The notes: a model not told the origin generated them from the letters alone. DNA of 41,351 bases from Gammaproteobacteria bacterium (GCA_013817465.1 JACDCP010000002.1:1-41351); one strand, 5' to 3'. Shown: positions 1-7,883, numbered from the stretch's first letter. Numbers and translations: made by a program.

Positions 1-943
1 CGCCTGTAGCGTTCAGATTCACCGGCCCGATTTCGTTCAGCCGCGGTAGTAAAGGGCGAGGCCGGCAAAGTCGATCTCATTCGAGACTTCTTCGGCCATC
101 TTCCGCGCCACTCCCGCCAGCGTGTGCACGTCGCAGGAAAAGGCGCCCGGATCGTCGCTTGGCTCCTGGGATTTGTGAATAGCTGAGCTCTCCAGAACGC
201 GCAGCATTGCGCCCAAGTCCTAGCAGGGGAAGCTCGGCCGGGGCGGATGTATGGAGTGATATTCTTCCGCTTAGCCATCGTCAGCACTCATCCTGCTGGG
301 GGTGGTTAGGGGTGGCGGGGCGTTAGCGCGCCCTGTCATCCCGCTCATCCATCATACACCGATGGTGTATAGCGTCAAGCTGATTAGTTGGACCCGCATT
401 GGCGCGCGATTCGCAACGGGGGAGCCGATCATGGCTGAGGTTACGTGTACAGAAAGCCCGGTTTCATCCATCATCAGACGATCGCGCTGGTCTGGGTTCA
501 ATCGGAGCTCGACGAACTTCGCCGGATTCTTGCAGCGCGCCCCTCGGATGCCGATCTCGAGGAGTTCATCAACCATAGGCGTGGTACCTGCTCGCCGCGA
601 TCCTCTCTCCCGAGAAACAGATCTTGGACCGGTTGCACGCAGAGCATCCGGACGAGCAGCCGGCGACGAGATAGCTCCGCTGTGCACAAAGCGCGGCTCC
701 GGGATCGGGCCTCGTCGAATAACCCCGAAGCCGACCCCCAAACGCCACTCGAGGCCCTCCGCCCGCCCGTTTTCAGGCGCGATCGCCGGCTACCCGCTAC
801 CCCAGCATGGGTCGAAGCGTTTGCGACCCTTTCGCCGGACCCCGCGCGGCCTCAGCCGGACCATCTTGCACGTTCCAGATCCCGTCGAGATGCGCCTACA
901 ATGAGCGCCGGTCTCCGAACAAAAAAACAACAGGGGAGATGGT

Positions 944-2167
944 ATGGCACTTCGATTTCGGAGATCTGTAAGGCTCGCGCCCGGCGTCCGCCTGAACATC
1001 GGCAAGCGAAGCGGGAGCCTGTCGCTCGGTCCTCGAGGCGCGACCCTAAACATTGGTCCAAAAGGTCTCTTCCGGAACGTGGGGTTGCCCGGCACTGGAC
1101 TCTCGTCCAGGAGTCGGATCGGCGGCGGCAGCGGCCGATCAAAACCGCCCCGCAAGACCGCACGTCAACTAAGTCCGAGCCCAGAGGATTCTGGTTCCCG
1201 GCCAATAAAAGCGATCATCGTCTTGAGCGACGATAGGTCGCTCGGATTCTTTCACGACGAAGCGGAAGAACGGCCGCTCTCTGTTGAGCTCGTCGAGAGA
1301 CTGCGAGCGGAGCGAGGCGACTTCGTTCGTGCCTGGCTGGAAGAGCAGTGTGAGAAACAGAATCAAATCTTCGAAACGCTCGAACAGATCCATCTGCAAA
1401 CGCCTTCGCCTGCGTCCGGCCCCACGTACAGAATGCAGAAATTCGAGGTCGAGCCACCCGCCGAGCCCGTGCTGGAAAAGCCGCGCCTGCTCGATTGGGT
1501 ATTTCCTAAACGCCGTGCGCGCTTAGAGAACAGAAATCACGAGTCCCAGCTCCACTTCGAGGAACAAGTCGCGGCCTGGCGGGCCGAAAAGGCGGCCTTC
1601 AAGCAGCGCGAGCAGCGCCGGAAAAGGCTGTTCGAAAAGCTGGTCCTGACAAACGTCAGCGCAATGCAAGAGGCCCTCGAGGAACAGTTCCAGCTTCTAA
1701 AGTGGCCGCGGGAAACGCTCGTTTCGTTCGAAGTTTGCAGTGATGGCGACACGGTGCTCGTCGATGTCGACCTTCCCGAGATCGAGGATTTTCCGGCGAA
1801 ACAGTTCTCGCCGCGGGTTCGGGCAATGGAGGTCGGAGTCGACGAGATCTCGGACACAGCGAAGCGAAAGGTATACATGGCGCATGTTCATGCGATCGGC
1901 TTTCGCATCATCGGCGTCGTGTTCAGTGTTCTGCCGCGCGCGCGCACAGTTGTTCTGTCAGGCTTCTCGCAGCGACCGGACAAGGCGACCGGACACGTCA
2001 TCGACCAGTATCTTTACAGCGTGCGTGCGCTGCGTTCAGACTGGATGGACGTCAACTTTGACAACCTGGAGGAGGTTGATGTCGTAGAGGCACTGGCGCG
2101 GTTCGAGATGCGCCGGAAAATGAGCAAGACGGGTGTTTTCACGCCGATCGAGCCTTTCGACGCATGA
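944..2167 (+). CDS. DUF4236-domain protein with uncharacterised helical middle and C-terminal domain
   Basis: 407-aa ORF. GGGGAG Shine-Dalgarno at 933..938, 5 nt before the ATG. The N-terminus MALRFRRSVRLAPGVRLNIGKRSGSLSLGPRGATLNIGPKG is the basic Gly-rich repeat signature I recognise as DUF4236. The middle is Glu/Arg/Gln-rich and probably helical. The last ~150 aa are an alpha/beta-looking region with no motif I can name. Confidence 0.8.
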   Translation: MALRFRRSVRLAPGVRLNIGKRSGSLSLGPRGATLNIGPKGLFRNVGLPGTGLSSRSRIGGGSGRSKPPRKTARQLSPSPEDSGSRPIKAIIVLSDDRSLGFFHDEAEERPLSVELVERLRAERGDFVRAWLEEQCEKQNQIFETLEQIHLQTPSPASGPTYRMQKFEVEPPAEPVLEKPRLLDWVFPKRRARLENRNHESQLHFEEQVAAWRAEKAAFKQREQRRKRLFEKLVLTNVSAMQEALEEQFQLLKWPRETLVSFEVCSDGDTVLVDVDLPEIEDFPAKQFSPRVRAMEVGVDEISDTAKRKVYMAHVHAIGFRIIGVVFSVLPRARTVVLSGFSQRPDKATGHVIDQYLYSVRALRSDWMDVNFDNLEEVDVVEALARFEMRRKMSKTGVFTPIEPFDA

Positions 2168-2231
2168 GTTTCGCAAAGTTTCACCACAGACCTGGGAACA
2201 ACAACAACCAGCGGCCTGAAAGGGAGATACT

Positions 2232-2486
2232 GTGGATAAACGACTCGTGCCGCTAGCGGCGGCATTTCTAATCTGGTCCGGCGCATTCGCCGAGCATTTG
2301 ACCGGTCCTTCGACGACCCATGTTTCGGCCAAAGATGAGATTGCGCGTGCGCTCGGATTCGAGCGCGCGAGCGCCTTAGCCCAACAGTGCTGCAAAATAT
2401 GCCGAAAAGGAAAGGCGTGCGGTGACAGCTGCATATCGCGAGACAAAACCTGCCATCAGCCGCCGGGCTGCGCGTGCGACGGCTGA
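2232..2486 (+). CDS. small secreted cysteine-rich protein (unknown function)
   Basis: GTG start at 2232 preceded by AGGGAG (2221..2226). Sec-type signal peptide LVPLAAAFLIWSGAFA/EH. The mature C-terminus has 8 Cys in about 32 aa (CCKICRKGKACGDSCISRDKTCHQPPGCAC). Confidence 0.6.
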   Translation: MDKRLVPLAAAFLIWSGAFAEHLTGPSTTHVSAKDEIARALGFERASALAQQCCKICRKGKACGDSCISRDKTCHQPPGCACDG

Positions 2487-2502
2487 AACGCGATCATTGA
2501 AA

Positions 2503-2741
2503 ATGGAGCATGCCTTCTATCTTTCGGGCAAAGACTACCTGACCGAGCAGGAGGCGGCGCACTACGTCTGCGTCTCTCTCAGCCAGTTCCGAAAGTCCCG
2601 CAGGACTACGGCATCCAGCCCTTCCGCTTCATGGGCAAGCTCGTATATCGTCGCTGCGACCTTCAGGCCGTAATGGAGCGCGTGGCTCAAGGTGAGAATG
2701 CATCTGAGGTCCGTGCCAGTGCTCCTCCCACCCACGGCTGA
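2503..2741 (+). pseudogene. excisionase/AlpA-like helix-turn-helix DNA-binding gene interrupted by a 1-nt frameshift near 2590..2596
   Basis: The frame starting at ATG 2503 reads MEHAFYLSGKDYLTEQEAAHYVCVSLSQFRK and then turns into Ser/Ala/Arg-rich sequence ending at 2673. Shifting one frame at the cgaaag run gives VPQDYGIQPFRFMGKLVYRRCDLQAVMERVAQGE... ending at TGA 2739..2741. The joined reading has the typical excisionase-type HTH layout (LT..EAA.Y..VS...F.K ... GK.VYRR.DL). Confidence 0.55.
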
Positions 2742-2769
2742 GCTTCACCGGTAATTTCACCGGACCACA

Positions 2770-3627
2770 ATGTCTGTTCAGTCGCGGCAGAATGAAGTTG
2801 CGCGGCTGATGAACGTGATTGCAAACCTGCGCGCTCAGGATGTCGCTGAGGCTCAAAAGGAAAGCTCGAAAGCAAGGGACATGGATCGCGCCGTGCAGTC
2901 ACTTTCTCACGCTAAAAGCCAGAGTACCGCGCGTTCCTATCATCAACAGGCCCTGAGGCACGGCGATGAACTTGCACGAATTCAGAAGAAACGCAGTGAT
3001 CTCAGTGGCAAGATCGCAAGAGGGACGCAGCGTCTGCATTCAGCAGAACAGGCATTGAGCCGAGAACTGGCGTCGGAACATCAAAAGGTTGAGGTTGCCG
3101 AGAAGAAGCGTGAGCGCGAACGGCTTGAGCATGCCCGTCGGCTTAAACGGGAGCTACAGGCGCAACGGCCCGTCGAAATTCTAGGTTCAGCGTCGGCCAT
3201 GGGACCTACTCGTAGAAAAGAGCATGATGCCTTTATCTCTCATGCGAGCGAAGACAAGGAAAAATTTGTTCGCCCGCTTGCTGAGGCCCTGCGAGCAGAG
3301 GAGTTTGATGTGTGGTATGACGAATTTTCGCTCACCGTGGGTGATAGTTTGCGCCGCTCGATTGACCAAGGCTTGGCGTCGTCGCGATACGGAATAGTTG
3401 TTCTCTCAAGTGCGTTTTTCGAAAAGAATTGGCCGCAATACGAACTGGACGGCTTGGTGGCGAAAGAAATGAGCGGTCAGAAAGTTATATTGCCTATTTG
3501 GCATAAAGTTACGAAGGACCAAGTACTGGCCTACAGCCCTTCCTTGGCCGACAAGGTTGCGATCAATAGCTCCCTTTCCAGCACTGCGGAAATTGTGGCG
3601 CAACTGTCCGAGGTGCTAAGACAGTAA
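2770..3627 (+). CDS. coiled-coil + TIR-domain protein (bacterial Tcp / PdTIR / BtpA-like, putative NAD+ hydrolase)
   Basis: 285 aa. Residues ~1-130 are charged and heptad-like (probable coiled coil). The C-terminal segment HDAFISHASEDKEKFVRPLAEALRAEEFDVWYDEFSLTVGDSLRRSIDQGLASSRYGIVVLSSAFFEKNWPQYELDGLVAKEMSGQKVILPIWHKV matches bacterial TIR proteins closely. The Glu of the W-x3-E-L motif (codon 3442..3444, residue 225) is at the position of the catalytic glutamate of TIR NADases. The gene is visibly less G+C-rich than the core genes. Confidence 0.85.
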   Translation: MSVQSRQNEVARLMNVIANLRAQDVAEAQKESSKARDMDRAVQSLSHAKSQSTARSYHQQALRHGDELARIQKKRSDLSGKIARGTQRLHSAEQALSRELASEHQKVEVAEKKRERERLEHARRLKRELQAQRPVEILGSASAMGPTRRKEHDAFISHASEDKEKFVRPLAEALRAEEFDVWYDEFSLTVGDSLRRSIDQGLASSRYGIVVLSSAFFEKNWPQYELDGLVAKEMSGQKVILPIWHKVTKDQVLAYSPSLADKVAINSSLSSTAEIVAQLSEVLRQ

Positions 3628-3974
3628 AGATAATTGTCGGAGCTCTGGTTTGGAAGCGGCCTGATCGGCTAGCGACGCGCGCAAACGGTGAACTCAACGA
3701 GGTCGCGGAGGCGCTCGCGTCGATCTGACGCCACTTTCGCTCCGGTAACCAAATTTCGATCACAGACCAGGAGCTCGGCAGGCTGCTGCGTCCATGAACG
3801 TGCCCATATTCAGCCAATCCTTCCGCATAGTTCAACGTAACCACTGACTTACGTCTGGTTGCGAGCTTCTGCATCGGCAAATAGTGTGACGCCCTGAGCC
3901 AGCCGGGGCGATCCCTGCGGCGGCTCGCTGACCGTCCCCTCGTTCCCTGACCATAGGACTAAGCTTTTATTAAT

Positions 3975-3990
3975 TGGCACGTTCATTGCT
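3975..3990 (+). promoter_or_regulatory. sigma-54 (RpoN) -24/-12 promoter
   Basis: TGGCACGTTCATTGCT equals the consensus TGGCAC-N5-TTGCW, with GG and GC correctly spaced. An AT-rich tract (aagcttttattaa) sits just upstream. It lies about 67 nt upstream of the ATG at 4057. Confidence 0.6.
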
Positions 3991-4056
3991 TCTTAACTCT
4001 GTGCGCAGGCCCAGGAAGGGTCCTGCCAAAGCGAGAATACTCAACAGGAGATTCAC

Positions 4057-4404
4057 ATGAACAAGCATTTGGCTATCGCTCTCGGTGTGTCGCTCGCCTC
4101 AGGTGCGGCAATGGCCGGGAACGAAGGCGATGTCAAGCAGACGGAAGCCACCGAGTCGACCCCCTACCATGCCTTGGCGTTCGAGGATCTCGACGTCGAC
4201 CAGGACACTCTGATCAGCGCGCAGGAAGCCACTGATTCAGAGGTTCTGGACTCGGAGGCCTTTGCCAGCGCGGACACCGACCAGGACGGCTTTCTGTCGC
4301 GCACCGAGTTCGATGCCAGCGCGGGTATAGATACGGGCGCAGAGAGCGGCCTCGAGACCGTCGACCCGGCCGCCGAAGTCGAAGAACTTGAGGACGAGAG
4401 CTGA
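4057..4404 (+). CDS. secreted acidic EF-hand-like calcium-binding protein
   Basis: AGGAG SD upstream. Signal peptide MNKHLAIALGVSLASGAAMA. Two DxDxDG-type loops (DLDVDQDTLISAQE and DTDQDGFLSRTE). Very acidic C-terminus. Confidence 0.7.
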   Translation: MNKHLAIALGVSLASGAAMAGNEGDVKQTEATESTPYHALAFEDLDVDQDTLISAQEATDSEVLDSEAFASADTDQDGFLSRTEFDASAGIDTGAESGLETVDPAAEVEELEDES

Positions 4405-4463
4405 GCTTCGACCAGGACGGACCATGGCAGATAGGGACGTCCCCGTGAGATAAGGAGATCATC

Positions 4464-4886
4464 ATGAAGCGCACCGTCGTCCGCTCCCTGTCATTCGCCA
4501 CCACGCTCGTCCTGTTGTCCGCGCCCGCCTTCGCCGAGGAGGGCGATGCCAAGGCCGGGAAGCTGGCATTCAACAATGCCTGCCGGACGTGTCATTCCGT
4601 GGATGAGGGCGACAATCGCCTCGGGCCGAACCTGCACGCCATCATCGGCCGCGATGCGGGCTCAGAGGACTACAAGTATTCCCCGGCGATGGCCGATTCG
4701 GATGTCGTGTGGGATGCCGAGAACCTGGACCAGTTCATCGAGAACCCGGAAGGTCTCATCCCCGGCAACAATATGAAGCCCTATGGCGGCATCAGCGATC
4801 CCGCGATCCGCGCCAGAATCGTCGCCTATTTGAGCGACGCCGGCGGAGAAGGTGACGAAGAGGGCGAAACCGGCGAGGGCGAATGA
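4464..4886 (+). CDS. class I c-type cytochrome (cytochrome c2/c550-like) with acidic C-terminal tail
   Basis: AAGGAG SD. Signal peptide ending AFA/EE. Heme motif CRTCH followed by GPNL..I.GR and NNMKPYGG (Met ligand region). Tail is GGEGDEEGETGEGE. Confidence 0.85.
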   Translation: MKRTVVRSLSFATTLVLLSAPAFAEEGDAKAGKLAFNNACRTCHSVDEGDNRLGPNLHAIIGRDAGSEDYKYSPAMADSDVVWDAENLDQFIENPEGLIPGNNMKPYGGISDPAIRARIVAYLSDAGGEGDEEGETGEGE

Positions 4887-4892
4887 CCGCCG

Positions 4893-5099
4893 CTATTGCC
4901 CGGATTCGAGCAGGATCACGAGCGGCACCGTGCTCCAGTTGCCCCACCCGAGCGCCGCGCCGATCACCATCCCGAGTACTTCCCCGATCGAGCACCCGGT
5001 CAGGCAATGAACGGTGGCGCTGAACGCGAGCCGATTCAGGGATCCATGATCGCCGGAGTGGTGCTTCACAGCGCGGCCGTCGGACGTACGAGCGTTCAT
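4893..5099 (-). CDS. DUF4396-like membrane protein, apparently C-terminally truncated
   Basis: The ATG overlaps the ppk2 stop codon (ATGA at 5096..5099), indicating translational coupling. It contains the HCLTGCSIGEVLGMVIG signature I associate with DUF4396. It stops after 68 aa in the middle of a second hydrophobic segment, 6 nt from the convergent cytochrome c stop. Confidence 0.5.
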   Translation of the reverse strand: MNARTSDGRAVKHHSGDHGSLNRLAFSATVHCLTGCSIGEVLGMVIGAALGWGNWSTVPLVILLESGQ

Positions 5100-5914
5100 T
5101 CGAACGATCCCGGCGGATAGTCAGCGGGATCGAAGTCAGGCGCGGGGTACTGCGGATCCATAGCAAGCAGCGCGTCCCGGACGAGCGTTGCGACGACGAC
5201 GTCCCGGAACCAGCGCTGCTCGGCGGGGACAACGTACCATGGCGCTTCTTCCGTGGATGTCCGCTCGAGCGCGATCTCGAATGCCCGCATGTAGTCGCCC
5301 CAGAGCTCGCGTTCCTTCAGATCGTTCGGATTGAACTTCCAGTGCTTGTCCGGTCGTTCGAGTCGGCGGCGCAAGCGCGCTGACTGGTATTCAGGGGAGA
5401 TGTGCAGCATCACCTTGACGACTCTCGTCCCCTCATCGTGCAGGAGCCGCTCATATGCGCCGATGTGCCTGTAGCGCCGCTCGATGATTTTTTCGGGTGC
5501 CCAGCCGTGGACGCGCACGATCAGCACATCTTCATAGTGTGACCGGTTGAAAACGCCGATATAGCCGGCGCCCGGCACATGCTTGTGCACGCGCCAGAGA
5601 AAGTCGTGAGCGAGCTCCAGTTCGGTGGGCGCCTTGAAATTCCAGACCCGGACGCCCTGCGGGTTCAAGCCGCCGAAGACATGACGAATGGTGGAGTCTT
5701 TGCCGCCAGCGTCCATCGCCTGGAGGACGAACAGCAGCGCTTGCGAGGACTCGGCGTAAAGCCGCTCCTGGAGACCGTCGATCTCCTCTTTCAATTCCCG
5801 GAGGCGGGCTTTCGCCTCGGGCTTTGTCCGGTCCTGCGTCTCGTGAGAATTCCGGTCCGAAAGACACACGGATGCGCCCGGAAGAATACGGTAACGGTCG
5901 AGGTCCATATGCAT
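5096..5914 (-). CDS. ppk2: polyphosphate kinase 2 family protein
   Basis: 272 aa with FVLQAMDAGGKDSTIRHV (Walker A-like), DFLWRVHKHVPGAGYIGVFNRSHYEDVL and WKFNPNDL..RELW, all typical of single-domain PPK2. Confidence 0.9.
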   Translation of the reverse strand: MHMDLDRYRILPGASVCLSDRNSHETQDRTKPEAKARLRELKEEIDGLQERLYAESSQALLFVLQAMDAGGKDSTIRHVFGGLNPQGVRVWNFKAPTELELAHDFLWRVHKHVPGAGYIGVFNRSHYEDVLIVRVHGWAPEKIIERRYRHIGAYERLLHDEGTRVVKVMLHISPEYQSARLRRRLERPDKHWKFNPNDLKERELWGDYMRAFEIALERTSTEEAPWYVVPAEQRWFRDVVVATLVRDALLAMDPQYPAPDFDPADYPPGSFE

Positions 5915-5931
5915 GGCGCGAACCAGATCCC

Positions 5932-6351
5932 TTACTTCTGATCGCGGACTCGGGCTAACTGCATCAACAAGGCCACGCCGAAGCCCCAGGCGCCGTTCAG
6001 GATCAAGGCGCCGACGATGATCGCAGGATCCCAGCCCGCCGCGAACGCCATGCCCTTTAGCGGGAACACTGCGAACAATGCTACCGCGCTGGGCCCTATC
6101 GCGCCGAGCAGAACCGCCCGCAGCCAGTAGTTCCAGGCGTTTGCGTCACGGATGAACCACCACACCGGAATGCCCCACACACCGCCCCAGAACGCCAGCG
6201 AGATCACGGCCGGCAGGCCGAATGGCGACGTTGGCGCCATCGCGTACGGTGCGCTCGGCAATACGCCGGCCAGCCAGAACAGGGCATAGACGCCCTGATG
6301 GAACACCAGTGTCGAGATGAAGCCGGCGATGAAAGCCTTGGGATACTGCAT
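5932..6351 (-). CDS. integral membrane protein (about 4 TM, unknown function)
   Basis: 139-aa hydrophobic ORF with Trp/Gly-rich TM segments, in tandem upstream of ppk2 with a 17-nt gap. Confidence 0.6.
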   Translation of the reverse strand: MQYPKAFIAGFISTLVFHQGVYALFWLAGVLPSAPYAMAPTSPFGLPAVISLAFWGGVWGIPVWWFIRDANAWNYWLRAVLLGAIGPSAVALFAVFPLKGMAFAAGWDPAIIVGALILNGAWGFGVALLMQLARVRDQK

Positions 6352-6703
6352 CTTGATCTTTCCCGATTATTGATAGGAGCACATCACAAGGATCTGGGGG
6401 ATCAGGCATCAACGGCCTATGCCAAGCTCGAACCATAGCTCGTCGGGATCAACATCCGGCCCGGAGCTGTGCAACATCATGCCGGTTGCCCTTGGCGCGG
6501 CGTATCCTCTCTGCATATGAGCATCGTGCCACGGGCAAGTGAGAGGATGAACGGGAATCTGCGTGGGCGCGGCCGCTGAACGTTTCGTCAATTGGCGCGG
6601 AACTTGCTCCTGCAAGCCGGGAGCCGTCGGCATCGGGGCCACTGGCGCAAGAAACCGTCGGAAGCAAGTGTCATCAGCAACAGGCCAAACGACAGGAGCG
6701 AAC

Positions 6704-7048
6704 ATGGAAACGAAAGCTGAAGGCAAAGCAGCGGGCAGGCGCGCCGAGCCCCGGCGCCCTGAGCCAAAGAAGGACCAGGTCGAATTGAAGCGTGCCAAAG
6801 AGCCGCCGGGCGGCAGCGCGCGTAATACACAATCCGGCCGGATGCCGGATGAACGCCGCCGCCGGATCGCCGAAGAGGCTTACTACCGGGCCGAGCGGCG
6901 CGGATTTACCGCCGGATTCGAAGATGTCGACTGGCTCGAAGCGGAGAAGGAGATCGACAGCCGTCAGGATACGTCCCCCGGCAAAGGGGAGCCGAACCAG
7001 AGAGCGGCGCGTGCTTCGGAAAAACGCTCAGGAAAACCGTCACCCTAA
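6704..7048 (+). CDS. DUF2934-domain protein
   Basis: ATG 6704 preceded by AGGAG (6694..6698). The core RRIAEEAYYRAERRGFTAGFEDVDWLEAEKEI matches the DUF2934 pattern. The remainder is basic and low-complexity. The upstream part of track ORF 6563..7048 looks non-coding. Confidence 0.7.
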   Translation: METKAEGKAAGRRAEPRRPEPKKDQVELKRAKEPPGGSARNTQSGRMPDERRRRIAEEAYYRAERRGFTAGFEDVDWLEAEKEIDSRQDTSPGKGEPNQRAARASEKRSGKPSP

Positions 7049-7063
7049 GCCGGGGCGCCGGTC

Positions 7064-7768
7064 CTATCTACCCGGCTCCAGGGGATACCAGTAGCCGCTG
7101 TTGTTCGGGTCCGCCATCCAGTACACGCCGGACTGATCCACGTAGTAGGTCTGGCCCTGATGGTTGTTGTAAGTGTTTCGCTGCCAGGTATGCGGCAGGG
7201 CTTGCGTCTGGCCATCCGCCGGATTCACATAAGTGCTGTTGCCCATAAGCTGCCGGCCGGCTTCCTGCTGATTCCTGTAATAGCTCTCCTGCTGCTCGTT
7301 CATCGCGGCCTGACGCTGTGCCTGCGCTTCCCGCAGACCGTCATACGCCTGCCTTTCCCGCGCCTGATTCGCCTGCTCGCCCGAACGGTAGGCGGCCATG
7401 CCATCCGATGAGAAGCCGCGCGTCGCGACATAGTAGTAAGCGAAGGTCGGGAAGTCGTAGGGTTGCATGCCGCTCTGGGCTGCCTGCGCCTGGTGCTCGC
7501 GATACGCTGCCTGCACCTGCGGGTCTTGCATCTTCTGTTGGACGATCTGCGCAACCTGCTGGTTGGCGGCCGCGATGCCGGCATCCATTTGCGCCTGCTG
7601 CTGCTGGATGTAGGCCCGCCCGGCAGCGTTCTGCTGCTCGAGCATGGCGTTCCAGTCCTGGCCGGATGCCATCCCCGGCAGGGCAAAGGCGCCGGCCACC
7701 GCGACCAAAGCTGCGGCGGTGCGTACCGGATTGCAACTGCCATGGAAATCAGTTCGGTGCGTTTTCAT
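7064..7768 (-). CDS. secreted Gln/Ala-rich protein with Tyr/Trp-rich C-terminus (unknown function)
   Basis: 234-aa ORF with a signal peptide (AAALVAVAGAFALPGMASG), a long Q/A-rich low-complexity middle and the C-terminal segment YYVDQSGVYWMADPNNSGYWYPLEPGR. Confidence 0.6.
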   Translation of the reverse strand: MKTHRTDFHGSCNPVRTAAALVAVAGAFALPGMASGQDWNAMLEQQNAAGRAYIQQQQAQMDAGIAAANQQVAQIVQQKMQDPQVQAAYREHQAQAAQSGMQPYDFPTFAYYYVATRGFSSDGMAAYRSGEQANQARERQAYDGLREAQAQRQAAMNEQQESYYRNQQEAGRQLMGNSTYVNPADGQTQALPHTWQRNTYNNHQGQTYYVDQSGVYWMADPNNSGYWYPLEPGR

Positions 7769-7883
7769 ACCTGCCTTCCCTTGGGGTGCGTGTTATCTGT
7801 ATAGGCGCAAACCAGTGGGAAAGCGGGACACAGGGATCACGGAAACTCGATCGACCGACGTTGGCGGAGCCGTTCGCAACTGA

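Noticed and set aside
37-207. 56-codon minus-strand ORF (MLRVLESSAIHKSQEPSDDPGAFSCDVHTLAGVARKMAEEVSNEIDFAGLALYYRG), below the track length cutoff
   Set aside because: The amino-acid composition is plausible, but there is only a weak ribosome-binding site and no recognisable family or partner gene. The evidence is insufficient to call.
302-1236. Overlapping ORFs on both strands upstream of the DUF4236 gene (302..904, 352..741, 445..1236)
   Set aside because: None reads as a coherent protein. One possible small decayed gene appears if three frames are joined: ATG 431 with a GGGGGAG SD, then ...SELDELRRILAARPSDADLEEFINH / AWYLLAAILSPEKQILDRLHAEHPDEQPATR ending at 672. I cannot assign a family or verify the joins, so it is left unannotated.
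2231-2239. Perfect DnaA-box 9-mer TGTGGATAA (reverse complement of TTATCCACA) in an origin-proximal gene neighbourhood
   Set aside because: It is a single isolated copy lying on the start codon of the Cys-rich ORF. There is no cluster of boxes and no adjacent AT-rich unwinding element, so it is compatible with chance. I found no oriC-like box cluster anywhere in the window.
3563-3880. 105-aa minus-strand ORF in the TIR / sigma-54 promoter spacer; possible integrase or toxin remnant
   Set aside because: All three minus frames are broken by stops, and the fragments (for example VVTLNYAEGLAEYGHVHG, LLVCDRNLVTGAKVASDRRERLRDLVEF) match nothing I can name. It may be decayed coding DNA, but this is not supportable.
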